From: a virus | Taxonomy: Duplodnaviria > Heunggongvirae > Uroviricota > Caudoviricetes | DNA: 36,413 nt | Virus record (IMG/VR): IMGVR_UViG_2724679172_000015 | Reading direction: 5' to 3' (one strand) | Shown here: positions 15,732 through 26,101 of the stretch, piece after piece | Layout: each line of letters opens with the position of its first letter | Position numbering within the stretch: position 1 is the first letter of the stretch | Notes under the pieces: model-generated | Told to the model about the DNA's origin: nothing | Database searches by the model: none | Seen by the model: the letters and a program-made list of their open reading frames with translations, nothing else | Translations under genes and position numbers: made by a program

Positions 15732-16280
15732 ATGGGACGTCGCAGCAGCATTGATTCTCTGCCGACGGAGGTCCGCCGCTGGCTGGAGCGGGCACTGACG
15801 GAGAATAACTTCAGTGGATATGCCCGGCTGGAAGCCCTGCTGAAGGAGAAGGGATACGTCATCACCCGCTCTTCCCTGCAGCGGTTTGGCTACAAAATGG
15901 AGCGACAACTGGCCCGCATCCGCGCCGCCACCGAGGCCGCGCGTCTGATGGCACAGGAAGCCGGTGACGAGGCGGACGATCGTTCTGCCGGGATGATGGC
16001 ACTTATTCAGACCGAGATGCTGGATGTTCTGATGCGTCTGCAGGAAATCGGGGAAAATGATGACCCTGCAAAACGCGCAAAACTGCTGGCCACTGCTTCG
16101 GAAAGTATAGCCACACTGGTACGTGCTTCGGTGACCCACAAGCGATTCCGGGCCGAGGTGCTGGCAAAAATTGAGGCGCGGATGAATGCTCTGGAAAAAC
16201 AGGCGAAGTCCGGCGACACCCGCCTGAGTCTGGAAACCCTGAAGATGGTGCGGGAACAGATTTACGGGGTGATCTCATGA
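15732..16280 (+). CDS. Putative terminase small subunit (Mu gp27-like)
   Basis: 182 aa helical protein immediately upstream of and overlapping the large terminase gene; ATG at 15732 preferred over GTG at 15726. Confidence 0.45.
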   Translation: MGRRSSIDSLPTEVRRWLERALTENNFSGYARLEALLKEKGYVITRSSLQRFGYKMERQLARIRAATEAARLMAQEAGDEADDRSAGMMALIQTEMLDVLMRLQEIGENDDPAKRAKLLATASESIATLVRASVTHKRFRAEVLAKIEARMNALEKQAKSGDTRLSLETLKMVREQIYGVIS

Positions 16281-17593
16281 CAGCAGCCATTCAGCTGTAT
16301 CCCTACCAGCAGGCGTGGTTTCTGGATCGTGCCCGTTTCAAGATTGGCATGTTTGCCCGCCAGACGGGCAAGACGTTCACCACCACGCTGGAACTGGTTG
16401 ATGACTGTTTTGAAACAGAGGCATCAGGGGGACGCACTCGCTGGGTGATCCTATCGCGTGGGGAGCGTCAGGCAAAAGAAGCCATGGTGGAGGGGGTGAA
16501 AAAACACTGCAGCGCCTACCGGATGGCGGCCCGTGAGGTGGAAAGTTATTACCGTGCTGAAAGCGGCGAACGCTACACCATGCTTGAGGTGGAGTTACCC
16601 GGTGGCTCCCGTATCACGGCCCTGCCGGCAAATCCCGACACGGCACGTGGGTTTGCGGCTAACGTCTTTCTGGATGAGTTCGCCTTCCATGCCGACAGTC
16701 GCAAAATCTGGACCGCCCTGTTTCCGGTCATTTCCAACGGCTACAGACTGCGTGTGACATCGACGCCGAACGGCAAGGGAAACAAGTTTTATGAACTGAT
16801 GACCAGCAACGCCCTTGAAAATGTCTGGTCACGTCACATTGTGGATATTTACCGTGCCGTGCGCGACGGCCTTCCGCGTGACATTGCACAGATGCGACAG
16901 GCGCTCAACGATGATGACGCCTGGGCACAGGAGTTTGAACTGAAGTGGCTGGATGAGGCATCGGCCTGGCTGACGTTTGAACTGATTGACGGCGTGGAGC
17001 ACGATGCTGCCGGACTGCCGGTGCACTATACGGGTGGCCCCTGCTTTGTGGGGGTGGATATTGCTGTCCGTAATGACCTGTTTGTGATCTGGGTGCTTGA
17101 ACAGGTGGGGGATGTCTACTGGACCCGGGAAATCATCACCCGTAAACGGGCCACCTTTGCTGAGCAGGATGCTTTGCTGGATGACGTATTTTTCCGTTAT
17201 CGCGTGCTGCGCTGCTGTATGGATCAGACAGGAATGGGGGAAAAGCCTGTGGAAGATGCTCAGGAGCGCCACGGCAGGAGTCGTGTGGAGGGGGTGATAT
17301 TTAACAGCCCGAACAAGCTCACCCTCGCGACCCGTGGCAGGGAGATGTTTGAGGACCGCCGCCTGCGTATTCCGGCGGGAGATGTGGTACTGCGCAGTGA
17401 TCTGCATAAACTCCGTAAGATCACCGGACCTACCGGAGCGCCTCGCTTTGTGGCGGAAAGTGATGCAGCAGGTCACGCCGACCGTACATGGGCCTGTTTT
17501 CTGGCTATTAACGCCACTGACGGACCGTCAGGGCCGGTGGTGGCGCGTTCGCGCCGCCGCCGTGAAGCCGCCCGCATGCTGGAGGGATTCTGA
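16277..17593 (+). CDS. Terminase large subunit (Mu gp28-like)
   Basis: 438 aa; N-terminal YPYQQAWFLDRARFKIGMFARQTGKTFTT (Walker A-like) and downstream acidic nuclease-like motifs; followed by portal gene. Confidence 0.8.
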   Translation: MTAAIQLYPYQQAWFLDRARFKIGMFARQTGKTFTTTLELVDDCFETEASGGRTRWVILSRGERQAKEAMVEGVKKHCSAYRMAAREVESYYRAESGERYTMLEVELPGGSRITALPANPDTARGFAANVFLDEFAFHADSRKIWTALFPVISNGYRLRVTSTPNGKGNKFYELMTSNALENVWSRHIVDIYRAVRDGLPRDIAQMRQALNDDDAWAQEFELKWLDEASAWLTFELIDGVEHDAAGLPVHYTGGPCFVGVDIAVRNDLFVIWVLEQVGDVYWTREIITRKRATFAEQDALLDDVFFRYRVLRCCMDQTGMGEKPVEDAQERHGRSRVEGVIFNSPNKLTLATRGREMFEDRRLRIPAGDVVLRSDLHKLRKITGPTGAPRFVAESDAAGHADRTWACFLAINATDGPSGPVVARSRRRREAARMLEGF

Positions 17594-19089
17594 TGGCAAA
17601 AGGTATCTGGGTTTCACCCGATGAGTTCGTGGCGTTCACCGAACCCAAAAAATCACTGACCGCGCAGATTGCCTCGCGCAGTCGCGCCATCGACTTTTAC
17701 GCTCTGGGAATGTACCTGCCCAACCCTGATCCCATTCTCAAGGCTCAGGGACGGGATATCCGTATCTACCGCGAACTGCGCACCGACCCGCTGGTCGGGG
17801 GCTGTATCCGCAGACGTAAAGCAGCGCTCAAATCACTGGAGCGTGGACTGGAGCGCGGTCACGCTTCTGCCCGGGTCTTCCGTTTCATCCGCGACATGCT
17901 CGACGATCTGGATCTGTCCCGCATCATCGGTGAGATGAGCGATGCCGTGCTCTACGGGTATCAGCCCTGTGAAATCATGTGGGGCCGTTCGGTCAGGGCG
18001 TGGGCGGTGACGGATATTGTCGGCAAACCGCCTGAGTGGTTTCAGTTTGATACGGACAACTGCCTGCGCTTCCGGGCGCGTGATGCGGGTGTGGAGGGTG
18101 AGCTGCTGTCACCGTCAAAATTCGTGGTGCCGGCACAGGATGCCTCGTATGACAATCCTTACGGTTTCCCTGACCTGTCCATGTGCTTCTGGCCGGTCGC
18201 CTTCAAGAAAGGCGGGATGAAATTCTGGCTCCGCTTTGCCGAAAAGTTTGGCTCCCCATGGGTGATCGGTAAGCACCCGAGGGGTGCAAATGATGCAGAG
18301 ATTGAAAAACTGCTGGACTCCATGGAGCAGATGGTGGAGGACGCGGTGGCCGCCATCCCCGATGACAGCAGCATCGAACTCAAAGCCGCGGATGGCAAGG
18401 CGGACAGCAGCGAGGTATTCCGCGAGCTGATCACGCTGTCACGCAGTGAGATCTCCATTGCATTACTCGGTCAGAATCAGACCACGGAAGCGAACAGTAA
18501 CAAGGCCTCTGCACAGGCCGGGCTGGAGGTAACGGCTGATATCCGCGATGCGGATGCGGACATCATTCAGGCGGCAGTGAATCAGGTCATCAGAACGGTG
18601 GTCACCCTGAACTTCGGCGATGTGCCGTGTCCGGTCTGGGCCATGTGGGAACAGGAGGCCATTGATGACACCCGTGCCACCCGCGACGAAAAACTCACCC
18701 GGGCGGGTCTGCGTCTGACCCCGCAATACTTCAAGCGTGAGTACCAGCTGCAGGACGGCGATATTGACGAGACACCACCGTCAGAACGCGAGAAGAACAT
18801 GCTGCCGCTGTCATTTGCCGAGGCGATTGATGCCGATATTCAGGCTCAGCAGCAGCTTGACGACGCGCTGGACATTCTGATGAACGGAGGTGTGTTAAAT
18901 GGCACGCTGGAACCCGTCCTGGCACCTCTGTTTAAGCGGGTCGAAAACGGGGTTAACCCGTCTGAGCTGCTGGGCGAACTGGCGGAGCTCTACCCTCAGA
19001 TGAACACGGACGATCTGCAGGAACGGCTGGCCCGCATTCTCTTTGTGGCAAATATCTGGGGGCGTCTGCATGAGCGTGACAACGGCTGA
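17593..19089 (+). CDS. Portal protein (Mu gp29-like, DUF935 family)
   Basis: 498 aa; GGAGGG RBS; ATG overlaps terminase stop; position between terminase and F-like gene. Confidence 0.8.
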   Translation: MAKGIWVSPDEFVAFTEPKKSLTAQIASRSRAIDFYALGMYLPNPDPILKAQGRDIRIYRELRTDPLVGGCIRRRKAALKSLERGLERGHASARVFRFIRDMLDDLDLSRIIGEMSDAVLYGYQPCEIMWGRSVRAWAVTDIVGKPPEWFQFDTDNCLRFRARDAGVEGELLSPSKFVVPAQDASYDNPYGFPDLSMCFWPVAFKKGGMKFWLRFAEKFGSPWVIGKHPRGANDAEIEKLLDSMEQMVEDAVAAIPDDSSIELKAADGKADSSEVFRELITLSRSEISIALLGQNQTTEANSNKASAQAGLEVTADIRDADADIIQAAVNQVIRTVVTLNFGDVPCPVWAMWEQEAIDDTRATRDEKLTRAGLRLTPQYFKREYQLQDGDIDETPPSEREKNMLPLSFAEAIDADIQAQQQLDDALDILMNGGVLNGTLEPVLAPLFKRVENGVNPSELLGELAELYPQMNTDDLQERLARILFVANIWGRLHERDNG

Positions 19090-19891
19090 ACTGGCGTACT
19101 GCATGACGCTTCCCCCGAAGCGGGCAGTCAGTTACCTGAAGTCCAAAGGGTATCAGATTACCTGGGACTGGGAAGAAATGTGGCAGGAAGCCCATGCCCG
19201 CGCCTTTACCGTCGCTAAAGTGACCCGCCTGGATATTCTGGAAGATATTCGCGGGGCACTGCAGCAGGCTGTCGATGAAGGAAAAACCGATCGCTGGTTC
19301 CGGCAGGAGCTGGAGCCGGTGCTGAAGCGTAAGGGATGGTGGGGACCACGTGACACGACTGACCCGGTAACGGGTGAGCCGGTCACCATTCAGCAGGGCA
19401 GCCCGTGGCGGCTCGACACCATCTTTCGCACCAATATGTCCGTACTCTACAGCGCCGGTCGTTGGGCGGAGCAGATGGAAAACGTCGACGACAGGCCGTA
19501 CTGGATGTATACCGGCATCAACGACAGCCATACCCGCAGGAGCCATCTGGCGCTGCATGGTCTGGTGCTGCGCTGGGATGACCCGTTCTGGCAGGCATTT
19601 TACCCGCCGAACGGCTGGCGCTGCCGCTGTAGTGTGATTGCCCTGAGTGCGGCGGATGTACGTGCCCGTGGCCTGAAGGTTATCAGCTCCGGCTCTGCCA
19701 TGGGCCAGGAACTGAAACTGGTCTCAGAGAAAACCGGCGAAATGCGGAACGTGGCCACCTTTAATACCGGCACCACGAAGGTGACCACCGACGTCGGCTG
19801 GTCTTATGCACCGGGGGCAGCATACCGTCCCGACCTGGCCCGCTATCAGGGTACGCTTCAGCCACTGGCACAACAGGAACTGAGAGGATAA
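19070..19891 (+). CDS. Head morphogenesis protein (Mu F-like)
   Basis: Start set at ATG 19070, overlapping the portal gene by 20 nt; conserved position. Confidence 0.65.
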   Translation: MSVTTAELAYCMTLPPKRAVSYLKSKGYQITWDWEEMWQEAHARAFTVAKVTRLDILEDIRGALQQAVDEGKTDRWFRQELEPVLKRKGWWGPRDTTDPVTGEPVTIQQGSPWRLDTIFRTNMSVLYSAGRWAEQMENVDDRPYWMYTGINDSHTRRSHLALHGLVLRWDDPFWQAFYPPNGWRCRCSVIALSAADVRARGLKVISSGSAMGQELKLVSEKTGEMRNVATFNTGTTKVTTDVGWSYAPGAAYRPDLARYQGTLQPLAQQELRG

Positions 19892-19893
19892 CA

Positions 19894-20352
19894 ATGGCTT
19901 CCGATAACCTGGTCAGTATCACCATTAACGATAAATCCCTGCGCCGGAGCCTCCGTGCGCTGGATCTTGCTGCCACAGACCTGGAGCCCGCGATGCGCAA
20001 AATTGCCGGAACCCTGCTGGCGGAAACACAGTTTAACTTTCTTGATGAGGGGCGTCCGGGGTGGATGCCCTCGCTGGCAGCGGAAGAACGTGACGGGCAG
20101 ACACTGCAGGATACCGGGCGTCTGATGGGGTCAGTATCAACCGACCATGACGACCGGCAGGCTGTTGTGGGGACCAACGTTGTTTACGGTGCCATTCACC
20201 AGTTCGGGGGTAAAACGGGGCGTAATGAGTCTGTTGAACTTCCGGCCCGCCCGTTCCTGCCGGTGACGGGGGATGGAGAACTACAGCCTGAAGTGGTAAT
20301 CCCCATCCTCGATACCATTGTCCGCCATCTTGAATCAGCGGCCCGTCGCTGA
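19894..20352 (+). CDS. Virion morphogenesis protein (Mu G-like)
   Basis: 152 aa; GAGAGGA RBS; position after F-like gene. Confidence 0.6.
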   Translation: MASDNLVSITINDKSLRRSLRALDLAATDLEPAMRKIAGTLLAETQFNFLDEGRPGWMPSLAAEERDGQTLQDTGRLMGSVSTDHDDRQAVVGTNVVYGAIHQFGGKTGRNESVELPARPFLPVTGDGELQPEVVIPILDTIVRHLESAARR

Positions 20353-20398
20353 GTTTTCTCTCTTCAGGTGGGTGATTTATCATTGCCAGCGAATGAGG

Positions 20399-20440
20399 GG
20401 CTGTATTACCTTTATAAAGGCTTTACAGCCTCTGTTTTAT
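20399..20440 (+). terminator. Terminator-like nested palindrome after G-like gene (could alternatively be a late-activator binding site)
   Basis: Outer GGCTGTA / TACAGCC arms around perfect palindrome CCTTTATAAAGG, followed by TCTGTTTTAT. Confidence 0.4.
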
Positions 20441-20566
20441 AACCGCCTCCGGTTCACCGCATTGCTTTCCCTGTCCTTCTCCCCTGATGTTTTCTAAAGC
20501 AGATTAAAATCGCCGGGCCTGCATTTCTCACAAACTGTCTCCGACAACATAACGCGGGACAGCAAA

Positions 20567-21682
20567 ATGTCAGCCATTCACATTTTTAAAGCCGGTACTC
20601 ATACCGATATGCACGGCAAAAAACTGCCGTTCACGCCAGACGATCTTGCCGCCTGCGTGAAAGCCTATGACCCGTCCGTCCATGAAGCACCACTCGTGAT
20701 TGGTCATCCCAGAACGGAAGACCCGGCGTGGGGCTGGGTGAAAGCCCTGTCGCTCAGCGGCGTCGATCTGATGGCAGAGCCTGCCCAGCTGGACCCGCAG
20801 TTTGCTGAGATGGTCACCGACGGACGATTCAAAAAAGTGTCCGCCTCTTTCTACCTCCCGGATTCACCGTCCAATCCGAAGCCCGGCGTGCTCTACCTTC
20901 GCCATGTGGGCTTTCTCGGGGCACAGCCACCTTCCGTCAAAGGGCTGAAACAGGTGTCCTTCAGTGAGCAGGAAGAAGGTGTGGTGGAGTTCGCCGACTG
21001 GCAGGCCATCACGAATGCCTCCCTGTGGGGAAAGCTGCGCGATTTTCTGATCGCCCGCTTCAGTCTGGACGAGGCAGAAAAAGTCCTGCCGGAATGGCAG
21101 CTCAACAGTCTGCGCGAAGAGGCGTACCGCGACACACTGTCGCAGGATGCAGCAGGTGCACAATTCAGTGAGACAGGCCCGGGGCCGTCTTCCGCAAGTA
21201 ACGAGGAATCATCGATGACAAAAGAAGAGATTGAAGCCCTTCAGGAGGAGAACCGCCGCCTGAAGCAGCAGGCTGCTGATCGCGATGCGCGTGATGCACA
21301 GGTCAGACAGGAGCAACTGCATAAGGACAATGTGGCCTTTGCAGAAAAACTGGTCGCAGAGGGGCGTCTGGCTCCCCGCGCCTCCTCCGTGGTGGTTGCC
21401 CTGCTGGATGCCGTCGCCGGTGGCGACAAGCCGGTGGAGTTTGCTGAGGGGGAAAGCCGCACACCGCTGGCCACCGCCTTCCGTTCATTGCTCTCCGACG
21501 GGGAGCCGGTGATGAACTTCGCCGAACAGGCCACAAAGGATCGTGTCGGCGACGCGGTGAAGGTGGATGTGGCGGAGTTTGCGGAAGCCGATCCTGAGCG
21601 TCTGGCCCTGCATCAGAAAGCAGTGGCCCTGTCCAAAAAAGAAGGCATCAGCTATGAGGCTGCTGTCGCACGCTGCCTGTAA
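20567..21682 (+). CDS. Prohead protease/scaffold (Mu I-like)
   Basis: 371 aa; N-terminal protease-like region, C-terminal half coiled-coil and Ala/Glu-rich like a scaffold; precedes major capsid gene. Confidence 0.7.
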   Translation: MSAIHIFKAGTHTDMHGKKLPFTPDDLAACVKAYDPSVHEAPLVIGHPRTEDPAWGWVKALSLSGVDLMAEPAQLDPQFAEMVTDGRFKKVSASFYLPDSPSNPKPGVLYLRHVGFLGAQPPSVKGLKQVSFSEQEEGVVEFADWQAITNASLWGKLRDFLIARFSLDEAEKVLPEWQLNSLREEAYRDTLSQDAAGAQFSETGPGPSSASNEESSMTKEEIEALQEENRRLKQQAADRDARDAQVRQEQLHKDNVAFAEKLVAEGRLAPRASSVVVALLDAVAGGDKPVEFAEGESRTPLATAFRSLLSDGEPVMNFAEQATKDRVGDAVKVDVAEFAEADPERLALHQKAVALSKKEGISYEAAVARCL

Positions 21683-21696
21683 TTTAAGGAGAGAGC

Positions 21697-22650
21697 ATGT
21701 CTGATTACTTAAAAGGTAAACGTGTCGTTGATCCGGTACTGACCAGTATCGCCCGAGGCTATAAAAATGCCGCATTCATTGGCGAACGTATTTTCCCCGT
21801 CGTGCTGACGGACAAGGAAGGCGTGCGTGTGCCGACCTTCGGGAAAACCGCCTTTGTGGAATATGACACCGAGCGTGCCGTCGGGGCGGACAGCAATGTT
21901 CTGGTCCGTGAGAAAACCGGCACGCTTGATCTGGTGCTGGGTGAGCACGATCTGGCTGCGCCAGTGGACTATCGCGAACAGGCGGAGTCCATGTTTAACG
22001 AGGAGAGCAAGGCCATCCGTCGCGCCACGAATGGCGTGAATCTGCGCCGTGAACTTATCGCCGCCCGTCTGGCTCAGGATGAAAAGGTCTACCGTACCGG
22101 GCACGTTAAAAAACTGACAGCCGGCGACCGCTGGGCCGGTGGTAAGGGGGACCCCATCGGGGTAATTGAAGCCGGTATGGAAGCGGTCCGTACGGCCACG
22201 GGGCTGCGTCCTAACCTGATGACCATGGGGGCCGGCGTGATGGCGCTGCTGAAGTTCCACCCGGCAATTCAGGCAGCCATCGGAGCCAACGAACGCAAGC
22301 GCATCACCACGGAGATCCTGCAGGACCTCTTTCAGATCGAAGAGATCGTCATCGGTGCTCCTGTCTCCCTGCCGTCCATGAAAGCGGCAATGGATAAGGA
22401 CAGCGTGCCGACGGATATCTGGGGAGACAATCTGATGCTGCATTACGTCGGCAAGCCGCAGCCGGGGGCGGACAGCGCGGACGAGAACGAGCCGTCCTTC
22501 GGCTACACCCTGCGCCGTAAGGGGATGCCTGTTGCCGACAAGTACGACGGAGCCGGCGGCAAGGTGAAGTACTGCCGTTATACCGATATCTACAAAGTCG
22601 CCGTGGTTGGTGGCGATGCCGGGTATCTCATTACCGGTATCAGTAAATAA
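21697..22650 (+). CDS. Major capsid protein (Mu T-like)
   Basis: 317 aa; AAGGAGAG RBS; position after protease/scaffold. Confidence 0.75.
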   Translation: MSDYLKGKRVVDPVLTSIARGYKNAAFIGERIFPVVLTDKEGVRVPTFGKTAFVEYDTERAVGADSNVLVREKTGTLDLVLGEHDLAAPVDYREQAESMFNEESKAIRRATNGVNLRRELIAARLAQDEKVYRTGHVKKLTAGDRWAGGKGDPIGVIEAGMEAVRTATGLRPNLMTMGAGVMALLKFHPAIQAAIGANERKRITTEILQDLFQIEEIVIGAPVSLPSMKAAMDKDSVPTDIWGDNLMLHYVGKPQPGADSADENEPSFGYTLRRKGMPVADKYDGAGGKVKYCRYTDIYKVAVVGGDAGYLITGISK

Positions 22651-22659
22651 GGAGGCGTT

Positions 22660-22998
22660 ATGGGAACCACTCAGCAGGTCATTCTGATCACAACCGTAAC
22701 GGCAGGGGCCGCACTGACACAGCAGCGTTTTGTCGGGGCAGATAATACCCCCTGTAAAGCCGGTGCCGCAGCGCTCGGGGTTGCCGAAGTGGATGCTGTT
22801 ACCGGCGACAGCACGCCGGTGAGCGTTCTGGGCATTATTGCTGTCGAGGCCGGGGCCGCTGTCAGCCGTGGTGTGGCTGTTCAGTCAGATGCTCAGGCCA
22901 GAGCCGTGCCGCAGTCCGGCGACGGTAAATCCTGTGGTATTGCACTTGATGAAGCCGGGGGTGAAGGCGACGTCATTCGTATCCTGCGCGGGGTGTGA
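22660..22998 (+). CDS. Small head-associated protein (possibly decoration/cement-like), 112 aa
   Basis: AAGGAGG RBS; Ala/Gly/Val-rich beta-type composition; follows capsid gene. Confidence 0.5.
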   Translation: MGTTQQVILITTVTAGAALTQQRFVGADNTPCKAGAAALGVAEVDAVTGDSTPVSVLGIIAVEAGAAVSRGVAVQSDAQARAVPQSGDGKSCGIALDEAGGEGDVIRILRGV

Positions 22999-22999
22999 C

Positions 23000-23446
23000 A
23001 TGTACTGCACCCTGGAGGATTTGCTTGCGCAGGTGCCGGAGCGGACGCTTATCGAACTCACCAGTGAAGAGATGGACTTCGACTCGCCTGCAACAGTGAA
23101 TACCCGTGTGGTGGACAGCTGTATCCGCTATGCCGACGAGCTGATTGATGCCCATCTGCGCGGACGCTATATCCTGCCACTGGCAGAGATACCGACTGTT
23201 CTGCGGGACATTGCCATCACGCTGGTCCGTTACCGGCTCTACGCCCGCCGCCCGGAAGGTGACCTCCCGGATACGGTGAAGGATGACCACAAAGAAGCGC
23301 TGCGGCAACTCAGGGAGTTACGTGATAACAGGCTCACGCTGGGGCTGCCGTCCACTCAGAAAGATGTGCCTGAGCCTGGCGAGTTTCGTGTACGCAGTCG
23401 CCCGGCCACTTTCGGCGGTCGTGACGGTTTACTGGAGAAATACTGA
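23000..23446 (+). CDS. Head-tail connector-like protein (Mu gp36/DUF1320-like)
   Basis: 148 aa; ATG overlapping upstream stop; position. Confidence 0.5.
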   Translation: MYCTLEDLLAQVPERTLIELTSEEMDFDSPATVNTRVVDSCIRYADELIDAHLRGRYILPLAEIPTVLRDIAITLVRYRLYARRPEGDLPDTVKDDHKEALRQLRELRDNRLTLGLPSTQKDVPEPGEFRVRSRPATFGGRDGLLEKY

Positions 23447-23910
23447 TGAACGTTCTGCCCGTCCTTGATGCGGTACTGGCCCGGTTACGCGAGAAGCTGC
23501 CGCAACTGCAGGTGGAGTACTTCCCGGAGAAACCGGCTGAATATCGCCTGAACCATCCGGTTGGCGCGTTGCTGTTGAGCTATGCCGGTTCGCGCTTTGA
23601 CAGGCCGGATGATACCGGTGCGGTGATCCAGTCTCAGACTATCCAGCTCTGCGTCACGGTGGTCTTCCGCCAGCTCAACGGTAAAAAAGGGGCGATTAAT
23701 GTCCTGGATGCTGTCCGCCGCATTCTCGGTGGCCACACCCCGCCCGGCTGCCGCCGCCGTATCTGGCTGACCCGCGAGGTGTTTATCGGTGAAGTCAGGG
23801 GGCTGTGGCAGTACGCCCTCGACTTCGCGACTGAAAGCGTCTTTATCGAAGACAGCGATTTACCGTCCGGCCCGCTGTTAACCGAAGTGAACTATGAGGA
23901 AAGCGAGTGA
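23446..23910 (+). CDS. Head-tail joining/tail completion-like protein (Mu gp37-like)
   Basis: 154 aa; ATG overlaps upstream TGA. Confidence 0.5.
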   Translation: MNVLPVLDAVLARLREKLPQLQVEYFPEKPAEYRLNHPVGALLLSYAGSRFDRPDDTGAVIQSQTIQLCVTVVFRQLNGKKGAINVLDAVRRILGGHTPPGCRRRIWLTREVFIGEVRGLWQYALDFATESVFIEDSDLPSGPLLTEVNYEESE

Positions 23911-24161
23911 TGAAAGAATACCGCTATTCCGGCCCGGCCAGCGGCGTCACGCTGTCGGACGGAACCGAAATCCTGCTCTGGCCGGGGAAGACGGTTTCCC
24001 TGCCGGAGGAGCATGACTACGTGAAGGTACTGGTGGCGCTGAAACATCTGACGCCGGTACCTGAAGAGACTAAACCCGCCGGCACACCGGCTGTGCAGTC
24101 ACCAAAGCGCAGAAGCAGCAGTGACAGCGAAGTGAAAACGGAGGACACCCATGGCAGCTAA
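23910..24161 (+). CDS. Small hypothetical protein, 83 aa
   Basis: GAGGAA RBS; overlaps sheath gene start. Confidence 0.45.
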   Translation: MKEYRYSGPASGVTLSDGTEILLWPGKTVSLPEEHDYVKVLVALKHLTPVPEETKPAGTPAVQSPKRRSSSDSEVKTEDTHGS

Positions 24162-25578
24162 CTATCTGCATGGTCCCGAAACCATTGAGGTGGAAAACGG
24201 TGCCCGCCCGGTTAAAACGGTGAAATCTGCCGTTATTGGCCTGATTGGTACCGCCCCGATGGGGGATGTCAATACGCTGGTACAGTGCCTGTCTGAGAAA
24301 GACGCAGCGGCATTTGGCAGCCAGTTCACCGGCTTTACCATTCCGCAGGCGCTGGATGCGATTTATGACCATGGTGCAGGTACCGTTCTGGTCATTAACG
24401 TCCTCGACCCGGCGAAACATAAAACGGCGATCGAGGATGAGGTGGTTACCTTTGACAAATCGACAGGGCAGGCCAGACTGGCGCATCCGGTTGTCGCTAA
24501 TGTGGTGGTGAAAAACAGTGAAGGCAGCACCTCCCACACGGCGAACACGGACTACCGTGTTGATGCGCAGGCGGGTGTGCTCACGAACCTGGGCAAGGCT
24601 ATTGAGGCCGGTGGCAGCGTGAAGGTGAGCTATGAGTACGCGGACCCGTCGAAGGTGACTGCGGCGGACATCATCGGCGGGGTGAACAGCGCCGGAAACC
24701 GAACCGGCATGAAGCTGCTTAACGACAGCTTCAACCTGTACGGCTATTTCGCCAAAATTCTGATTGCGCCGGTGTTCTGCACCCAGAAGAGTGTCGCAGT
24801 TGAGCTTATCGCCATGGCAGAGAAGCTGGGCGCGGTAACCTACATTGATGCGCCTGTCGGTACCACCTTTGCACAGGCTCTGGCAGGTCGTGGCCCGGAA
24901 GGCACCATCAACTTCAATACCAGCTCCGACCGCGTCCGTCTGTGCTATCCGCATGTGAAGGTATATGACCCGGTGACAAACACAGAGCGTCTGGAGCCGC
25001 TCAGCCAGCGTGCAGCAGGTCTGCGTGCCAGAGTCGATCTGGACAAGGGCTACTGGTGGTCATCCTCCAATCAGGAGATTCTGGGGATCACCGGCGTGGA
25101 GCGCCAGCTGTCCGCGATGATTGATGACCCGCAGAGTGAGGTGAACCTGCTTAACGAACAGGGGATCACCACGGTATTCAGCAGTTACGGCAGCGGCCTT
25201 CGTCTGTGGGGTAACCGGACGGCAGCATGGCCAACGGTCACCCATATGCGTAACTTTGAGAACGTTCGCCGCACCGGTGATGTGATCAACGAGTCCATTC
25301 GTTATTTCAGCCAGCAGTACATCGACATGCCGATTACTCAGGCGCTGATTGATGCACTGACGGAGTCGGTCAACGCCTACGGTCGCAAAATGACTGGTGA
25401 TGGTGCGGTACTGGGCTTCCGTTGCTGGTTTGATCCGGCCCGCAATCCGGAGACGGAGCTGGCCGCCGGGCACCTGTTGCTGAGCTACAAATATACGCCA
25501 CCACCGCCGCTGGAGCGACTGACGTTTGAGACTGAGATCACCTCGGAATACCTGTTAACCCTGAAAGGGGGCAACTGA
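24151..25578 (+). CDS. Contractile tail sheath protein (P2 FI / Mu L family)
   Basis: 475 aa; GGAGGA RBS; motifs shared with P2 FI as I recall it (AVIGLIGTA, LNEQGITTVF, GLRLWGNRT, YKYTPPPPLERLTFETEITSEYL). Confidence 0.9.
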   Translation: MAANYLHGPETIEVENGARPVKTVKSAVIGLIGTAPMGDVNTLVQCLSEKDAAAFGSQFTGFTIPQALDAIYDHGAGTVLVINVLDPAKHKTAIEDEVVTFDKSTGQARLAHPVVANVVVKNSEGSTSHTANTDYRVDAQAGVLTNLGKAIEAGGSVKVSYEYADPSKVTAADIIGGVNSAGNRTGMKLLNDSFNLYGYFAKILIAPVFCTQKSVAVELIAMAEKLGAVTYIDAPVGTTFAQALAGRGPEGTINFNTSSDRVRLCYPHVKVYDPVTNTERLEPLSQRAAGLRARVDLDKGYWWSSSNQEILGITGVERQLSAMIDDPQSEVNLLNEQGITTVFSSYGSGLRLWGNRTAAWPTVTHMRNFENVRRTGDVINESIRYFSQQYIDMPITQALIDALTESVNAYGRKMTGDGAVLGFRCWFDPARNPETELAAGHLLLSYKYTPPPPLERLTFETEITSEYLLTLKGGN

Positions 25579-26099
25579 TGTCAAAGATTGAGATAAACCG
25601 CATCACGAATGCCAACATCTATCTGGATGGTACTAACCTGCTGGGACGGGCTGAGGAAGTTAAACTCCCCGATGTCTCCATGATTATGCAGGAACACAAG
25701 GCGCTGGGGATGGTGGGTAAGGTGGAACTCCCGGCTGGTTTTGACAAACTGGAAGGCGAAATCAAATGGAACAGCTTTTACCGCGATGCGATGCTGTCTG
25801 CCGCGAACCCGTACAGGTCGCTGGCACTGCAGTGTCGTTCCAGCGTCCAGCGCTACAGCTCGCAGGGGCTGATTGACGAAATCCCGCTGGTCACCTTCCT
25901 GACGATTATGTTCAAGAAGAACCCGCTGGGGACGTTCAAACAGCACGAGAACGCCGAGTTCTCCAGTAGCTTCACCTGCACGTATATCAGACAGGTACTG
26001 GATGGTGAAGAGCTGCTGCAACTGGACTATCTGGCCAACATCTTCCGGGTCGGCGGTGTTGATCAACTGACTGACTACCGTATCAATATCGGGGGCTGA
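25578..26099 (+). CDS. Tail tube protein (P2 FII / Mu M family)
   Basis: 173 aa directly after sheath gene, ATG overlapping sheath stop, AAGGGGG RBS. Confidence 0.8.
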   Translation: MSKIEINRITNANIYLDGTNLLGRAEEVKLPDVSMIMQEHKALGMVGKVELPAGFDKLEGEIKWNSFYRDAMLSAANPYRSLALQCRSSVQRYSSQGLIDEIPLVTFLTIMFKKNPLGTFKQHENAEFSSSFTCTYIRQVLDGEELLQLDYLANIFRVGGVDQLTDYRINIGG

Positions 26100-26101
26100 C
26101 G

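Noticed and set aside
18953-19558. 201-aa minus-strand ORF
   Set aside because: Antisense to portal and F-like genes in a unidirectional late operon.
21709-22443. 244-aa minus-strand ORF
   Set aside because: Antisense to the major capsid gene; His/Gly/Arg-rich junk-like translation.
24070-24954. 294-aa minus-strand ORF
   Set aside because: Antisense to the tail sheath gene, which has strong family motifs in the plus frame.
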